NCBI GenBank assembly: GCA_050950505.1
Contig: JBMNHS010000001.1
Coordinates: forward strand, 1-64,000
Direction of reading: 5' to 3'
Source: Candidatus Methanomethylophilaceae archaeon
GTDB lineage: Archaea > Thermoplasmatota > Thermoplasmata > Methanomassiliicoccales > Methanomethylophilaceae
Length of the DNA: 64,000 nucleotides
A model generated the notes under the pieces. The model had not been told where the DNA came from. It saw nothing but the letters and a program-made list of their open reading frames with translations, and searched no databases. The position numbers and the translations under genes were made by a program. This document shows positions 8,973 through 18,775 of this stretch, one piece after another; positions within the stretch are counted from its first letter, which is position 1, and every line of letters begins with the position of its first letter.

Positions 8973-9629
8973 TCAGGAATTCACTATGGCAGCTATCATT
9001 TTTTTGACGCAATCCGCCGCATTTTCGGAATAAACATCGGCGCCTATTTCATCGCACCACTGCTGCGTCACGGGGGCTCCGCCGACATTGGTGATCACGC
9101 CGTTTCTCAACCCGTTTCTGATCAATGCTTCTTCCAAAACTTTCTGGTTCATGATTGTGGTTGTCATGAGTGCCGAAGTTCCGATTGCCAAAGGTTTGTG
9201 TTCTTTCGCGGCTTCCACCACTTCTTCGATGGGAACGTCCCGGCCGAGATTGATGACCTCGAAACCGGCGATGTTCATCATTACCGCAACGATGTCTTTG
9301 CCGATTGAGTGTATGTCTCCCTGAACAGTACATATCACGAACTTTCCGAGTTCGGACACGGAAACGTCTCCGGACTTTTTTATTTCCGGCGTAAGTATGT
9401 CAATGCCGGCATTCATGGCTTCGGCGGAGGCCATTATGTGAGCGAGATTGGATTTTTTCTCCTGAAAAAGGTCGCCGACGATTCTTATTCCGCGGGTGAA
9501 TCCGTTATGAACCAAATCCATAAGATCGGCTCCGGAGGAAATTGCTTCCTTTGCTATTGAAACACATTCTTTCAAGTCATATGCCAAAACAGCATCCTTC
9601 GCTTTTTGATTCAGTTCTTCTTGATTCAA
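8973..9629 (-). CDS. Methyltransferase corrinoid protein, MttC-like
   Basis: GDIHSIGKDIV, LGRDVP, SALMTTT, GGAPVTQ; the DIHSIGKD variant recalls MttC; TTG start. Confidence 0.85.
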   Translation of the reverse strand: MNQEELNQKAKDAVLAYDLKECVSIAKEAISSGADLMDLVHNGFTRGIRIVGDLFQEKKSNLAHIMASAEAMNAGIDILTPEIKKSGDVSVSELGKFVICTVQGDIHSIGKDIVAVMMNIAGFEVINLGRDVPIEEVVEAAKEHKPLAIGTSALMTTTIMNQKVLEEALIRNGLRNGVITNVGGAPVTQQWCDEIGADVYSENAADCVKKMIAAIVNS

Positions 9630-9857
9630 CGTCTCACTCCGAAATCTTACCGGGTGAAGGATATCCGTGGCGTCTAAAATAGTTTTTGCAGATACATAAT
9701 CCGGTAATTTACGTCGAAATAAAGATAATGTAATTTTATTTTAAAAATATATAATAATCTGGATATATGGGGAAACCACTCGGAATTATGAAAAAAAACC
9801 GCCTTCCAACAGGAGGAAATCTGACTGGGCGTTAAAAGGCGCAAAAATAAGTTTGAT

Positions 9858-9879
9858 CCGCGGGCGGTGAAGCCCGCGG
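9858..9879 (-). terminator. Stem-loop downstream of mtmB
   Basis: CCGCGGGC/GCCCGCGG followed by a T-rich tract on the - strand. Confidence 0.55.
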
Positions 9880-9923
9880 CGATCCTTACGGATCCTTTTA
9901 CGTTCGTGCAGGAACGGATGAAC

Positions 9924-11309
9924 TCACTGTTTGAATTCGAATCCGTAGTCGCTGAATCTCTTGACTGCCTTGTCGTAGACTTCACAGTGTTCTGCGGTAG
10001 GCATGATTGTCCTGGGATCATAGCATTCCTGGAAGGTCTTACCAGCAGGTGCGTTGGTGTAGAGCTTCTCGTAGTCTGCCACAATCTTCGGGAGAATCTT
10101 GTTGAGATATGCAACGTCCATTCCGGCTGCGGATCTTGCAGCCTCTCCCATGATCCTTGCTTCCATACCGGTGGTCTTGTCCTGGACAACACCCTTGGCG
10201 GCTGCGGATCCGGACAGGAGCTCTCTACCGGATGCGGTATCGATAATCGCCTGTGTGGCGGTTTCGATAAGACACATCTCAGTGCAGGGTCCTGCCATGG
10301 GGTAGTACTGGTTCGCAATCAGCAGGTCGGTGTTTGCATCAACGGCTGCTGCGGTGTGACCGGCAACCTGGAGGGTTTCCTTAGAGGTGGTTGTTCCCCA
10401 CCTGATGTGGATCGGACCGTCCAAGTGGTAGTTACCGCTGAACATCGTGAATGATGCAAGGTGAGTTGCGACTGCACAAATGGAGGTTTCTTCCTGCATA
10501 CCGGTGTATCCACCGAAGATCGGCATCTGCTCGATCATGATGGTGTTTCCGTTGCAGGTCCAACCGGCAAGCATGTTCAATGCGGCCATGTCGACCTTCA
10601 GCTCGTTGAGCTGGGAGCATTCGTGGGAGTCGCAGGTTCTCATACCGGCGTGTTTGGCGTCAACGCAGAGACGTCCGGCTGCGGACAGCGGAGTCTCGGG
10701 TCCCTACATGGCGAGTCCGGGCCTTCCGGCGCGGACACAGGCTTCCCTGACAGCACGAAGTTCTGCCATGGTAGCGCGTATTTCGTAGGGGGTGTTGGTC
10801 TTGGGGGACTTGCCCTCAATGGTGGTCAAGACACCGTTAACGATGGTGTCAACAACACTTTCCTGAGCGTAAGACTGCATAACCTGAACGAAGACTTCTT
10901 CGGACACAGGAGATCCGGTAGGTCCACCCTGAATGATGGGTTTCACAGGGCTGTTACCGCGCCTGGGGTAGAACTTGGCCGCTTCGGTTCCGTCTCCGAG
11001 TGTGATGTGTTTGGGGGTTTTCTTGATACCTTCCCAAACCTCTTCTTCGGTTACGTGGAACACACGACCGAGATCCTGACAATAGAATCCGGTCTCAACG
11101 AGCATTTCGAGACCTGCGTTGAACAGGTTGTTCATGACTTCTTTGTCTTCAGGTATGAATTTGTCGCCGAAGTCCAGTTTGTATTTTTCCTTGAGTTTGG
11201 TTGCGTTGGTGGGAATAACGGTGTAATCCCACTCGTCCTCCGTCATCTTTTTTCCCTTCAGGATTCTGTCGTAAACGTCACAAATCGTGATGGGTCTTTG
11301 TGCTGCCAT
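9924..11309 (-). CDS. mtmB: Monomethylamine:corrinoid methyltransferase, 461 aa, pyrrolysine at codon 202 (TAG 10704-10706)
   Basis: Two in-frame ORFs joined by one TAG: AGRPGLAM-O-GPETPLS...SQLNELKVD; also GGPTGSPVSEE, DGPIHIRWG, TTGMEARIMGE. Confidence 0.96.
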
Positions 11310-11314
11310 TTAAT

Positions 11315-11947
11315 TCACCCCACTAGTTTTATTGCCAATGCGTTGATCTCGGCACCGTTAGAGGAATAACCGTCGGCTCCGATCTGGTCGACCCACTCCT
11401 GGGAACAGGGTGCGCCGCCGAACATTGTCTTGTATTTGCCTCCATCTTCCTTCACAGCGACAACCACATCCCTCTGTACTTCAAGGGTTGTCGTCATAAG
11501 TGCCGATCCGGCGATGATGTCTGCATTGTTTTCTTCTGCGGAATCGAGGAAGTCCTGAGGACTGACATCGGGTCCGAGGTCGAATACAGTGAATCCCGCT
11601 CCGCGAAGCATCGCGCAGCAAACATTCTTTCCGATTTCGTGGATGTCTCCCTCGACGGTTCCGAAGATTACAGTTCCTTTCATGGAATCGGATCCACCCG
11701 CCATAATGGGTGCGAGAAGCTGAAGTCCAACTTCCATCGCTTTGGACGCGGCTACGACCTGGGGCAGATAAATTTCTGCTTTGTCGAAGCGCTCACCGAT
11801 TACTTCCATACCTTTTCCAAGTCCTTCGTTGATGATGTCCTTGGGCTCCAATTTTGCGTCAATCGCTGCCTGAACTGCGGTTTTCGCAAGAGCAAGGTTC
11901 CATTCTTCGACTGCTTTTTTACAGTCTGCGAGTATTTTGTCGCTCAT
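11315..11947 (-). CDS. mtmC: Monomethylamine corrinoid protein
   Basis: EGDIHEIGKN, GSALMTTT, MFGGAP; SD AGGAGG; directly upstream of mtmB. Confidence 0.92.
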   Translation of the reverse strand: MSDKILADCKKAVEEWNLALAKTAVQAAIDAKLEPKDIINEGLGKGMEVIGERFDKAEIYLPQVVAASKAMEVGLQLLAPIMAGGSDSMKGTVIFGTVEGDIHEIGKNVCCAMLRGAGFTVFDLGPDVSPQDFLDSAEENNADIIAGSALMTTTLEVQRDVVVAVKEDGGKYKTMFGGAPCSQEWVDQIGADGYSSNGAEINALAIKLVG

Positions 11948-12066
11948 ATTTTTTTGCCTCCTTTTTGATTGTGCGAGTACAATTCCCCAAAGGGCGCACA
12001 AACACCGGCCTCTTAAAACCGGTCTAGCGTTATCCGCTATGTACGAAATGAACACGTCAATGTGAA

Positions 12067-12075
12067 TATTTAATA
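12067..12075 (-). promoter_or_regulatory. Probable TATA box for mtmCB
   Basis: TATTAAATA on the - strand about 120 nt upstream of the ATG. Confidence 0.5.
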
Positions 12076-12422
12076 GTAACCATGATTTTGAAAATTTGCA
12101 AACAAGTCATATATATAATTATACCATGGTTGGATGTTATTCCCATCAAAAACGCATATTTTTTCGGTTTTTAATAAAATGTTATATCCATGCATATATA
12201 ATGATTACTCATCATAATCATCCTGTCCGATTCATGGCCAGAGCCTGCGGCGCATTAACTGTTCCGGAATAAATTATATCGGAAAACTTTGAATGGCGTC
12301 CGAATTCTGCACGACTTGATATCATCCATGGCATACATCCATCACCTTTGACGCTGTAATAAAAGAATGACATAATAATAATAAAAGAAGGGTAAAAGGT
12401 TTAGATTTGCATCGTCGGCGGA

Positions 12423-13628
12423 TCAGATCGGTGCTTCGTTCTTGACAAAGTCCGTTTCGTCGTCGGCAATGATCGGCATTTCGCCGCGTGTGTATCTTAC
12501 GACCAATCCCGTGATCACACCGGTACCGACGGCCAGAACCGCGGTCATGACGGCGAAGAACAGGTTGTCAATCGACAGTGTTATCACACAGACGACCAAG
12601 GCCCCCAACCATCCGGACATACCGTGCAGGTTGTGAACCCCCATCATATCCAAGTTGCCCATCGCCTTGCTGAGTCTGGGCTGCAGGTAGTAGAAACACA
12701 GCGTGGTGAGCACACCCGCGAGTATACCGAGCAACAGCGCACCCCAAGGTCCGAGCAGAAGCAGCGGGCTTCCTATTGCCACGGGACCTGCAAGCAATGC
12801 GTAAGCGTAGACAAGGGGGTTGACTTTCTTTTCCATGATGAGACACACGAAGTATGCGCTTATCATCGATCCGAGACCCGCCATGTAACAGGTGATCATT
12901 CCCCAGGTTGTTTCTTCGGCCGGCAGGAATCCGGTGACGAACGAGGGCCACAGCATCCAAAGCATCAGACTGCCCAACCATACAAAGGTGACACTGTGGG
13001 TCGTCGAATACATCGGTTCGTCGAAAGACCGCTTGTCTCTCAACGCAATCGCAACACCTATACCGAAGTATGCGGCGACCATGTGAACCAGCATCGAACC
13101 GCCGGTGTCTATGGCTTCCAATCCGAAGAACGATGATCCGAGGAACCATTCAATCAACACGTATGCAGGGGCAAACATCAATCCCACAAGGAGATATTGC
13201 CACATTTTGCATAATCCTAAGAACACGCCTATGCCTATGACAATCGTAATTGCACATATGACGGCACCCAACATGACATCCTGTCCCCAGAAGAATGCTT
13301 CTCCCGTAAGTTCAGGCATGACAAACTGGTACATGAACAGGTATCCGAGGAAGCTTCCCGCGGTGGACAAAACCACACCAAGAGCCACGCCCCACTCGAA
13401 TTTCTTGATGAACATCATCAAGAATGCGACCATGAACAGCATGAACCATATGTCTAAATTCTTAGAATATTTTATCATCTCTAAGTCGGCGTTGACCGGC
13501 TCGGTGACAAGGAAGTCCCCCATTTTGGGACCCGAGAGTTGCCAATCGAAATAAATCAGCCCTCCCGCTATCGCCGCCGCTATCAACACGACTACTATCC
13601 AGATAATCTGGTTTCTTTCCAATTTCAT
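12423..13628 (-). CDS. Rh50-type (Amt/Rh family) ammonium/methylamine channel
   Basis: Rh-type motifs DTGGSMLVH..AAYFG, LWMLWPSF, GVHNLHGMSG; about 12 hydrophobic segments; sits between mtbB and mtmC. Confidence 0.88.
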   Translation of the reverse strand: MKLERNQIIWIVVVLIAAAIAGGLIYFDWQLSGPKMGDFLVTEPVNADLEMIKYSKNLDIWFMLFMVAFLMMFIKKFEWGVALGVVLSTAGSFLGYLFMYQFVMPELTGEAFFWGQDVMLGAVICAITIVIGIGVFLGLCKMWQYLLVGLMFAPAYVLIEWFLGSSFFGLEAIDTGGSMLVHMVAAYFGIGVAIALRDKRSFDEPMYSTTHSVTFVWLGSLMLWMLWPSFVTGFLPAEETTWGMITCYMAGLGSMISAYFVCLIMEKKVNPLVYAYALLAGPVAIGSPLLLLGPWGALLLGILAGVLTTLCFYYLQPRLSKAMGNLDMMGVHNLHGMSGWLGALVVCVITLSIDNLFFAVMTAVLAVGTGVITGLVVRYTRGEMPIIADDETDFVKNEAPI

Positions 13629-14032
13629 ATCAATTTCGCTCCCGTTTTAACCGGTAAGCCGTTCACGATTCCGATCGGACGGCATCCGATTTCTTTTCCT
13701 TCTTTCTTGCGGACTTCGGTCCGCGAAGGTCTCCGCCGAAAGATCGGAAACGGGTTTGCCTTCAGAATATTCCCGTGATTGACGGGAACGGCACATGTTG
13801 CAATCATATGCATCCCTGAAGGTTTCTCCGTTTCCGGTATTCTCCCCGAAGGGGAAGGTTCCGATTGATCGGAACCGGCGGTAAAGATTACCTCAGACGC
13901 GGAAAAGACGTACGAAGACATCCCGAGGTATACGGGAATTGTGACGAACAGGTTCGTCTGTCTTTCGGTTTCGGGAATGCTGATTGTCTCTGACCCTTTC
14001 AAAATCATGAGTTTTTCGCATCCCCCGTCCAT
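13625..14032 (-). other. Candidate uORF (135 aa) within a structured leader, coupled to Rh50
   Basis: SD AGGAGG before ATG 14032; its TGA overlaps the Rh50 ATG (ATGA); no recognisable protein features; many hairpins. Confidence 0.3.
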
Positions 14033-14096
14033 GTTTTTCCTCCTTTCGCCCGGATGCCGCGTCATCTCGGGTTAAAGGAAAAAACGTGATAAAACC

Positions 14097-14104
14097 TATT
14101 TAAA
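14097..14104 (-). promoter_or_regulatory. Probable TATA box for the Rh50 transcript
   Basis: TTTAAATA on the - strand at the boundary between the AT-rich and structured regions. Confidence 0.5.
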
Positions 14105-14466
14105 GAGAATGTACAAAAAGGCGTATGTGATATGTCCAACAACGAAAATTCGCAGAATAATGTATTTTTTGAGAATTGTTATATATAAATTTAACCTTTT
14201 TCCGAAATGATGTCATAACGCAAAAATATATTATACTTTCTCTTATTTTTCCTGATTTAAGTTTTTGTTTATATATAACTCACAAATTGACTGAACAATA
14301 TCCCGCTTATATGGCCAATGAGAAAGGGGACGGTTTCTGTGTTAAATGGGGTTTAATCATCCAACGAAACATCCATCCATATTGATAATTTCATATTTTA
14401 CGTGTCTGGCTATCCGACAAACAACAGAATTCCGTACGGAATTATCGAAAAACAAAAAATAAGTGG

Positions 14467-14488
14467 GCTGTCCGGAAAACCGGACAGC
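14467..14488 (-). terminator. Terminator stem-loop of mtbB
   Basis: GCTGTCCGG/CCGGACAGC followed by T-tracts on the - strand. Confidence 0.65.
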
Positions 14489-14501
14489 TTTGAAGTTTGG
14501 C

Positions 14502-15905
14502 TTATCTCTTGGCGTAGTTTCTGAAGTTCTCGCAGCAGTTGATTTTGATTCCCAAAAGGTCCTCAATATTCATCTTTGCCGCGATTCCTCTGGGAGTGCC
14601 GGGGACGCCGGTGATGACACCGAGGCCCTGTTCTTCCCTGACTTCCCTGAGCTTGCACTCGTCGGAAAGGTCAAAAGCAGTGACTCCGAGCTTCTTTGCA
14701 ACGTAGTCCTTCGCTTCGTCGATCTTCATGCGCTGATCGAATTCCATCCTGGCGACAAGATCGCCGGCGGCTCTGATTCCTCCCATACCGGAAGCGACGA
14801 AGTGAGCGATTGACATGCCGGCGGGGTCGCCGACTCCAACCTATATACCGTCCACTTTTGCGATTTCCACCATTGCGGTGCTGCATCTGGTGACTGCGTC
14901 AAGAGGCGGAGTCTCGGCCATGGGGATACCGCCGACGCCCATTCCCATGTTCACGTGAAGGGGAAGGTTGGATACGTCTGCGCAACCTCTCACGAAAGTC
15001 ACCGCGCGGGCAAGGTTCCATGCAAGACTCTTTCCGGTGTTGGTGTTTGCAACGGGTCCGAAAACATCGGCACCGGCTTTCTCGGCGAGAACAACCTGTT
15101 CCTGAGGGAACAGACCGGCAACGACCTGACCGTCGTACTCGATTTCACCGTGGATACCCATGACGTTCTCTCCGGCCATGCCGAGGAGAATGTATGCGTT
15201 GGGACACTGTGCCCTGAGCTTCTCCACTCCGTGGAGGGTTCCGACGAAGTCGGCATCTCCGGCGGAGGCGGTGGTGTCGAAGTTGAAACCGTCGGCACCT
15301 GCCTTGTAAACTCTGGTGGAAACGTATTCGATATCCCTTGCTAGGTGTACGGCGGATTTCTCCGCTTCCTGCTGAGCTTCTTCGATCTTGAATTCCCTCA
15401 TGAGGTCTGCGGGGTTTCCGTAGGGTCCGTCAGGGGCGTAGTACAATCCCATGTTGGGCATTGCGCCGTAGAAGTAAGGAATGGTGAGGTTGTTCTGAAT
15501 GTTCTCCATGTCGTTCATTTCGTTGGCGATGACCGGCTTCACAGGCTTGATGCTGTAATCGGTGTGGGCGAGTTCGAAGGTATCGGCACAGAGTGTGCGC
15601 TCGTGAACAAGAGCTCCGTTGAGTCTGCTGGATGCGATTCCTCCGCCGCTGTTTCCGTTGTCGCCGGCCATGTCGAGCTGTCCCACGTCGTAGGAAAGAA
15701 CAACTTCTCTGCCGCGTTCGACGCCGACGACTCTCCTCTTGCTGCTGATGATTTCGAAAAGGTGGTCGATTTCGTTTGCATTGAGTTCCCTGACGCCTGC
15801 CATGTCGGCCGCGTCGGCGGTACCGTCCCTGATGTCCTGCATCATCTGTTCCTTGTTCTGGTACAGAGTGGATCCGTCACCGTTTCTGGTGCAGTATTCA
15901 GACAT
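14502..15905 (-). CDS. mtbB: Dimethylamine:corrinoid methyltransferase, 467 aa, pyrrolysine at codon 355 (TAG 14841-14843)
   Basis: [32 protein letters not shown]; [34 protein letters not shown]. Confidence 0.96.
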
Positions 15906-15910
15906 GGATT

Positions 15911-16555
15911 TCACCCGAGGAGTGCCTTTGCTTTGTCAACCTGTTCGGATGCGGATTCGCTGAAGCAGTCCGCACCGATTTTGTCCGCAAAAGCCTGTGT
16001 GACAGGCGCTCCGCCGACGAGAACTTTGACCTGGTCTCTGACGCCCGCTTCTTTGAGGAGCTTTATTACGTCTTCCTGAACGGTCATGGTGGTTGTCATA
16101 AGGGCGGAAAGACCGACCATCGTGCATCCATTGTTTACGACCTGATCGATGAAGTCGGGGGAAGGTACGTCCCTGCCGAGGTCCACCACTTCGAACCCTC
16201 CGCACTGGAGCATGGTGGAAACAATAGACTTTCCGATGTCGTGAACGTCACCTTCGACGGTTCCCATGCAAACTTTGGCAAGGGTGGTTCCGACCTGATC
16301 GATGGGGAGATCCGCTTCAAGTTCTTTGACGGCGGCGGTCATTCCGTTCGCTGCGCTGAGAACGTGGGGCAAGAAGAGTTTTCCCCTCTGGAACTGAATA
16401 CCGACTTCGCTCATTCCGGCACCCATGGCCTCGATGATTTCGGTGGCTTCCATTCCGGCCGCCTTTGCGCTTGCGGCGGCTTTCTGGATTCCGTCTACTT
16501 TGTAGGCGACCATTGCATCAATGACCGCTTTTGTTTCGTTGGCAAAGTCGCTCAA
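15911..16555 (-). CDS. mtbC: Dimethylamine corrinoid protein
   Basis: KLFLPHV, EGDVHDIGKSIV, SALMTTTM, GGAPVTQ; SD AAGGAGG before TTG; directly upstream of mtbB. Confidence 0.92.
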   Translation of the reverse strand: MSDFANETKAVIDAMVAYKVDGIQKAAASAKAAGMEATEIIEAMGAGMSEVGIQFQRGKLFLPHVLSAANGMTAAVKELEADLPIDQVGTTLAKVCMGTVEGDVHDIGKSIVSTMLQCGGFEVVDLGRDVPSPDFIDQVVNNGCTMVGLSALMTTTMTVQEDVIKLLKEAGVRDQVKVLVGGAPVTQAFADKIGADCFSESASEQVDKAKALLG

Positions 16556-16677
16556 AACAATGCCTCCTTGTTTACGATTTTCATTTTTTTCTCTCTCCTT
16601 TGCGACAGTGTCGCTTTAGGCTGACGCCTCATCATAAATCTCCCCGGTCATATTTTAGCCTATCGGATGATGATGAC

Positions 16678-16714
16678 TCATTTTAACTGATGATATATCA
16701 TTTTAACTGATGAT
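16678..16714. repeat. 17-bp direct repeat TCATTTTAACTGATGAT x2 (20-bp period); candidate operator
   Basis: Exact copies at 16678-16694 and 16698-16714 in the mtbC/ABC-F divergent intergenic region. Confidence 0.75.
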
Positions 16715-16878
16715 TGAACATGTTATTTGTTTTACCTATGGCCGTGTAACATAATGAACGAAAAAATAGGACAATGAACAGGACATATCATACATCCAAT
16801 GATTCATCCCACGAAATACCGTCGGGTCTGAATTTGCCCGACAGTAAAACATATTATACCCACGGATATGGAGTGTGT

Positions 16879-18687
16879 ATGCTTCTCAAGGCACAGTCAA
16901 TTACCAAATCTTTCGGCCCCGTGAAAGTGTTGAAAGACGTAAGTCTGCAAATCAACGCGGGAGACAATATAGGTCTCATCGGGGTGAACGGTGCGGGAAA
17001 GACGACATTTCTCCAAATATTGTTGGGAGAAACGCCTTACGACACAGGGGAACTTTTGCGCAACACCGAAAAGGTGGGATACCTCGCTCAGTTTGCGGAG
17101 TCCTCCCCGGACATCACCGTCAGGGAAGTTCTCGGCAGACCCTACGGTCACGTTGAACGCATACGGAAACGGATGAAAGCGATCGAAGACCGAATGGCTT
17201 CCGGGAATGTCGACGATTGGAACATGATCGCCGAAGAATACTCCCGTTTGGAGTCCTCGTTGGAAAGCTCGGCCGAAGACGATGAAAGGAAAGTCCTCCA
17301 ATCTTTGGAAAAGGTCGGTCTGTCAACGGATCTTATGGACCGGAGCATGGCCTCTCTTTCCGGCGGCGAACGGACCAAGGTCATGCTGACCCGGGTGCTT
17401 GTTCAGGCGGAGGAATGCGACCTTTTGGTGCTGGACGAACCCACCTCCCACCTGGATATCGACACTGTCGAGTTTCTGGAAGATTTCCTGCTGAACGCCG
17501 GCTGTGCTTTGGTCGTGATAAGCCATGACCGTTACTTCCTGGACAAAATCGTAACCAGGGTCACTGAAATTTCTTACGGAAAGACCCGGGAATACAAAGG
17601 GAATTATTCCGACTTCATCATGAAAAAATCCATTGACATCGACCGGATGGAAAAGGAATACAAAAGATACGCAAGTCAAAAACGCACTCAGGAACGGATT
17701 GCCGAAGAACTGCACCGGGACCAATGGTATTTCGCGGTGCACAAAACCCGTCAGAAACTGATTTCCAAAATGGATGAAAAGGAAAAACCCGAAGAAGCCC
17801 AGGAAATCACCGTCCGGATACAGACTGCGAGAAAATCCGGAAAGAATGTGATTACCGCAAAGAACCTTTCCGTGGAACTCGGCGGAAAGACCATAATCGG
17901 CGAAGTGGACCTTGACATAATGAAGAAAGATCGGATAGGAATATTCGGAGCCAACGGCGAAGGGAAGAGCACTTTGGTCAAAGCCCTGATAAACGAAATA
18001 CCAAGCAACGGCGAACTCTGGATCGCACCCGGAGCGAAAATAGGATACTATTCCCAGAATCACGAAGGGTTGGATCTCAGACTCACCGCCGAAGAGCAGA
18101 TACTTCAGGCGATAGGCACCGACAAACGGACGGAAGCCAGAAACATGCTGGCACGTCTGCTTCTGAAAGGGGACGACGTCGACCGTCCCATGTCCACTCT
18201 GTCCGGCGGACAGAGAGCACGGGTGGCTCTGGCCATGCTGTTGCTGAAAGAAACGAACGTTCTTGTGTTGGACGAACCGACGAATTATCTTGACATACCT
18301 TCCAGACACGCGGTGGAAATGGCCCTTAACGAGTACGAAGGCACGCTGATAGCCGTCACTCACGACAGATACTTCCTGGATTCGGTGTGCACCAGCACGA
18401 TTGAAGTCAAGGAAGGAAAAATCAAGAAATCCGCCGGAACCTATTCCGAACGGAAAGGGGTCGCCAACGTCAGGGAGGTCGTCATGGATGCCGACGAATA
18501 CCGTGTTCTGTCCCCCTTCAAAAATTGGGTTCTCGGAAGAAAGTACACGAAAGGGGAACGGGTGCTGATTACCCCTTCCGAAACGGAAAGCTTTCAGTGG
18601 GCAATCGATCAGGGCAAGATAAAAAAGACCGGCGGACGTCAGCGGAAGAAGGTAACCGTCACCGAAGACAAGCCCGAATCTCAATGA
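16879..18687 (+). CDS. ABC-F family ribosome-associated ATPase
   Basis: Two NBDs (GVNGAGKT/LSGGE/LDEPTSHLD and GANGEGKS/LSGGQ/LDEPTNYLD), YKGNYS linker, no TM segments. Confidence 0.92.
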   Translation: MLLKAQSITKSFGPVKVLKDVSLQINAGDNIGLIGVNGAGKTTFLQILLGETPYDTGELLRNTEKVGYLAQFAESSPDITVREVLGRPYGHVERIRKRMKAIEDRMASGNVDDWNMIAEEYSRLESSLESSAEDDERKVLQSLEKVGLSTDLMDRSMASLSGGERTKVMLTRVLVQAEECDLLVLDEPTSHLDIDTVEFLEDFLLNAGCALVVISHDRYFLDKIVTRVTEISYGKTREYKGNYSDFIMKKSIDIDRMEKEYKRYASQKRTQERIAEELHRDQWYFAVHKTRQKLISKMDEKEKPEEAQEITVRIQTARKSGKNVITAKNLSVELGGKTIIGEVDLDIMKKDRIGIFGANGEGKSTLVKALINEIPSNGELWIAPGAKIGYYSQNHEGLDLRLTAEEQILQAIGTDKRTEARNMLARLLLKGDDVDRPMSTLSGGQRARVALAMLLLKETNVLVLDEPTNYLDIPSRHAVEMALNEYEGTLIAVTHDRYFLDSVCTSTIEVKEGKIKKSAGTYSERKGVANVREVVMDADEYRVLSPFKNWVLGRKYTKGERVLITPSETESFQWAIDQGKIKKTGGRQRKKVTVTEDKPESQ

Positions 18688-18775
18688 TGTCCCCGCAGAC
18701 GTCAATTCGATACCCCGTTGTATTTTTTCAGACAGTTTTTTAAATAATGCTTTGTATACAAAACGCAGGTCAAAA

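Noticed and set aside
9924-11309. mtmB split into two ORFs or a pseudogene
   Set aside because: A single in-frame TAG at the canonical Pyl position, with a complete pyl system adjacent.
13700-13770. c-di-GMP-I or glycine riboswitch in the Rh50 leader (GGCAAACC; CGCCGAA)
   Set aside because: Only short fragments match; the partner motifs are absent or on the wrong strand.
14502-15914. mtbB split into two ORFs or a pseudogene
   Set aside because: Same reason: conserved DGI-O-VGVGDP context.
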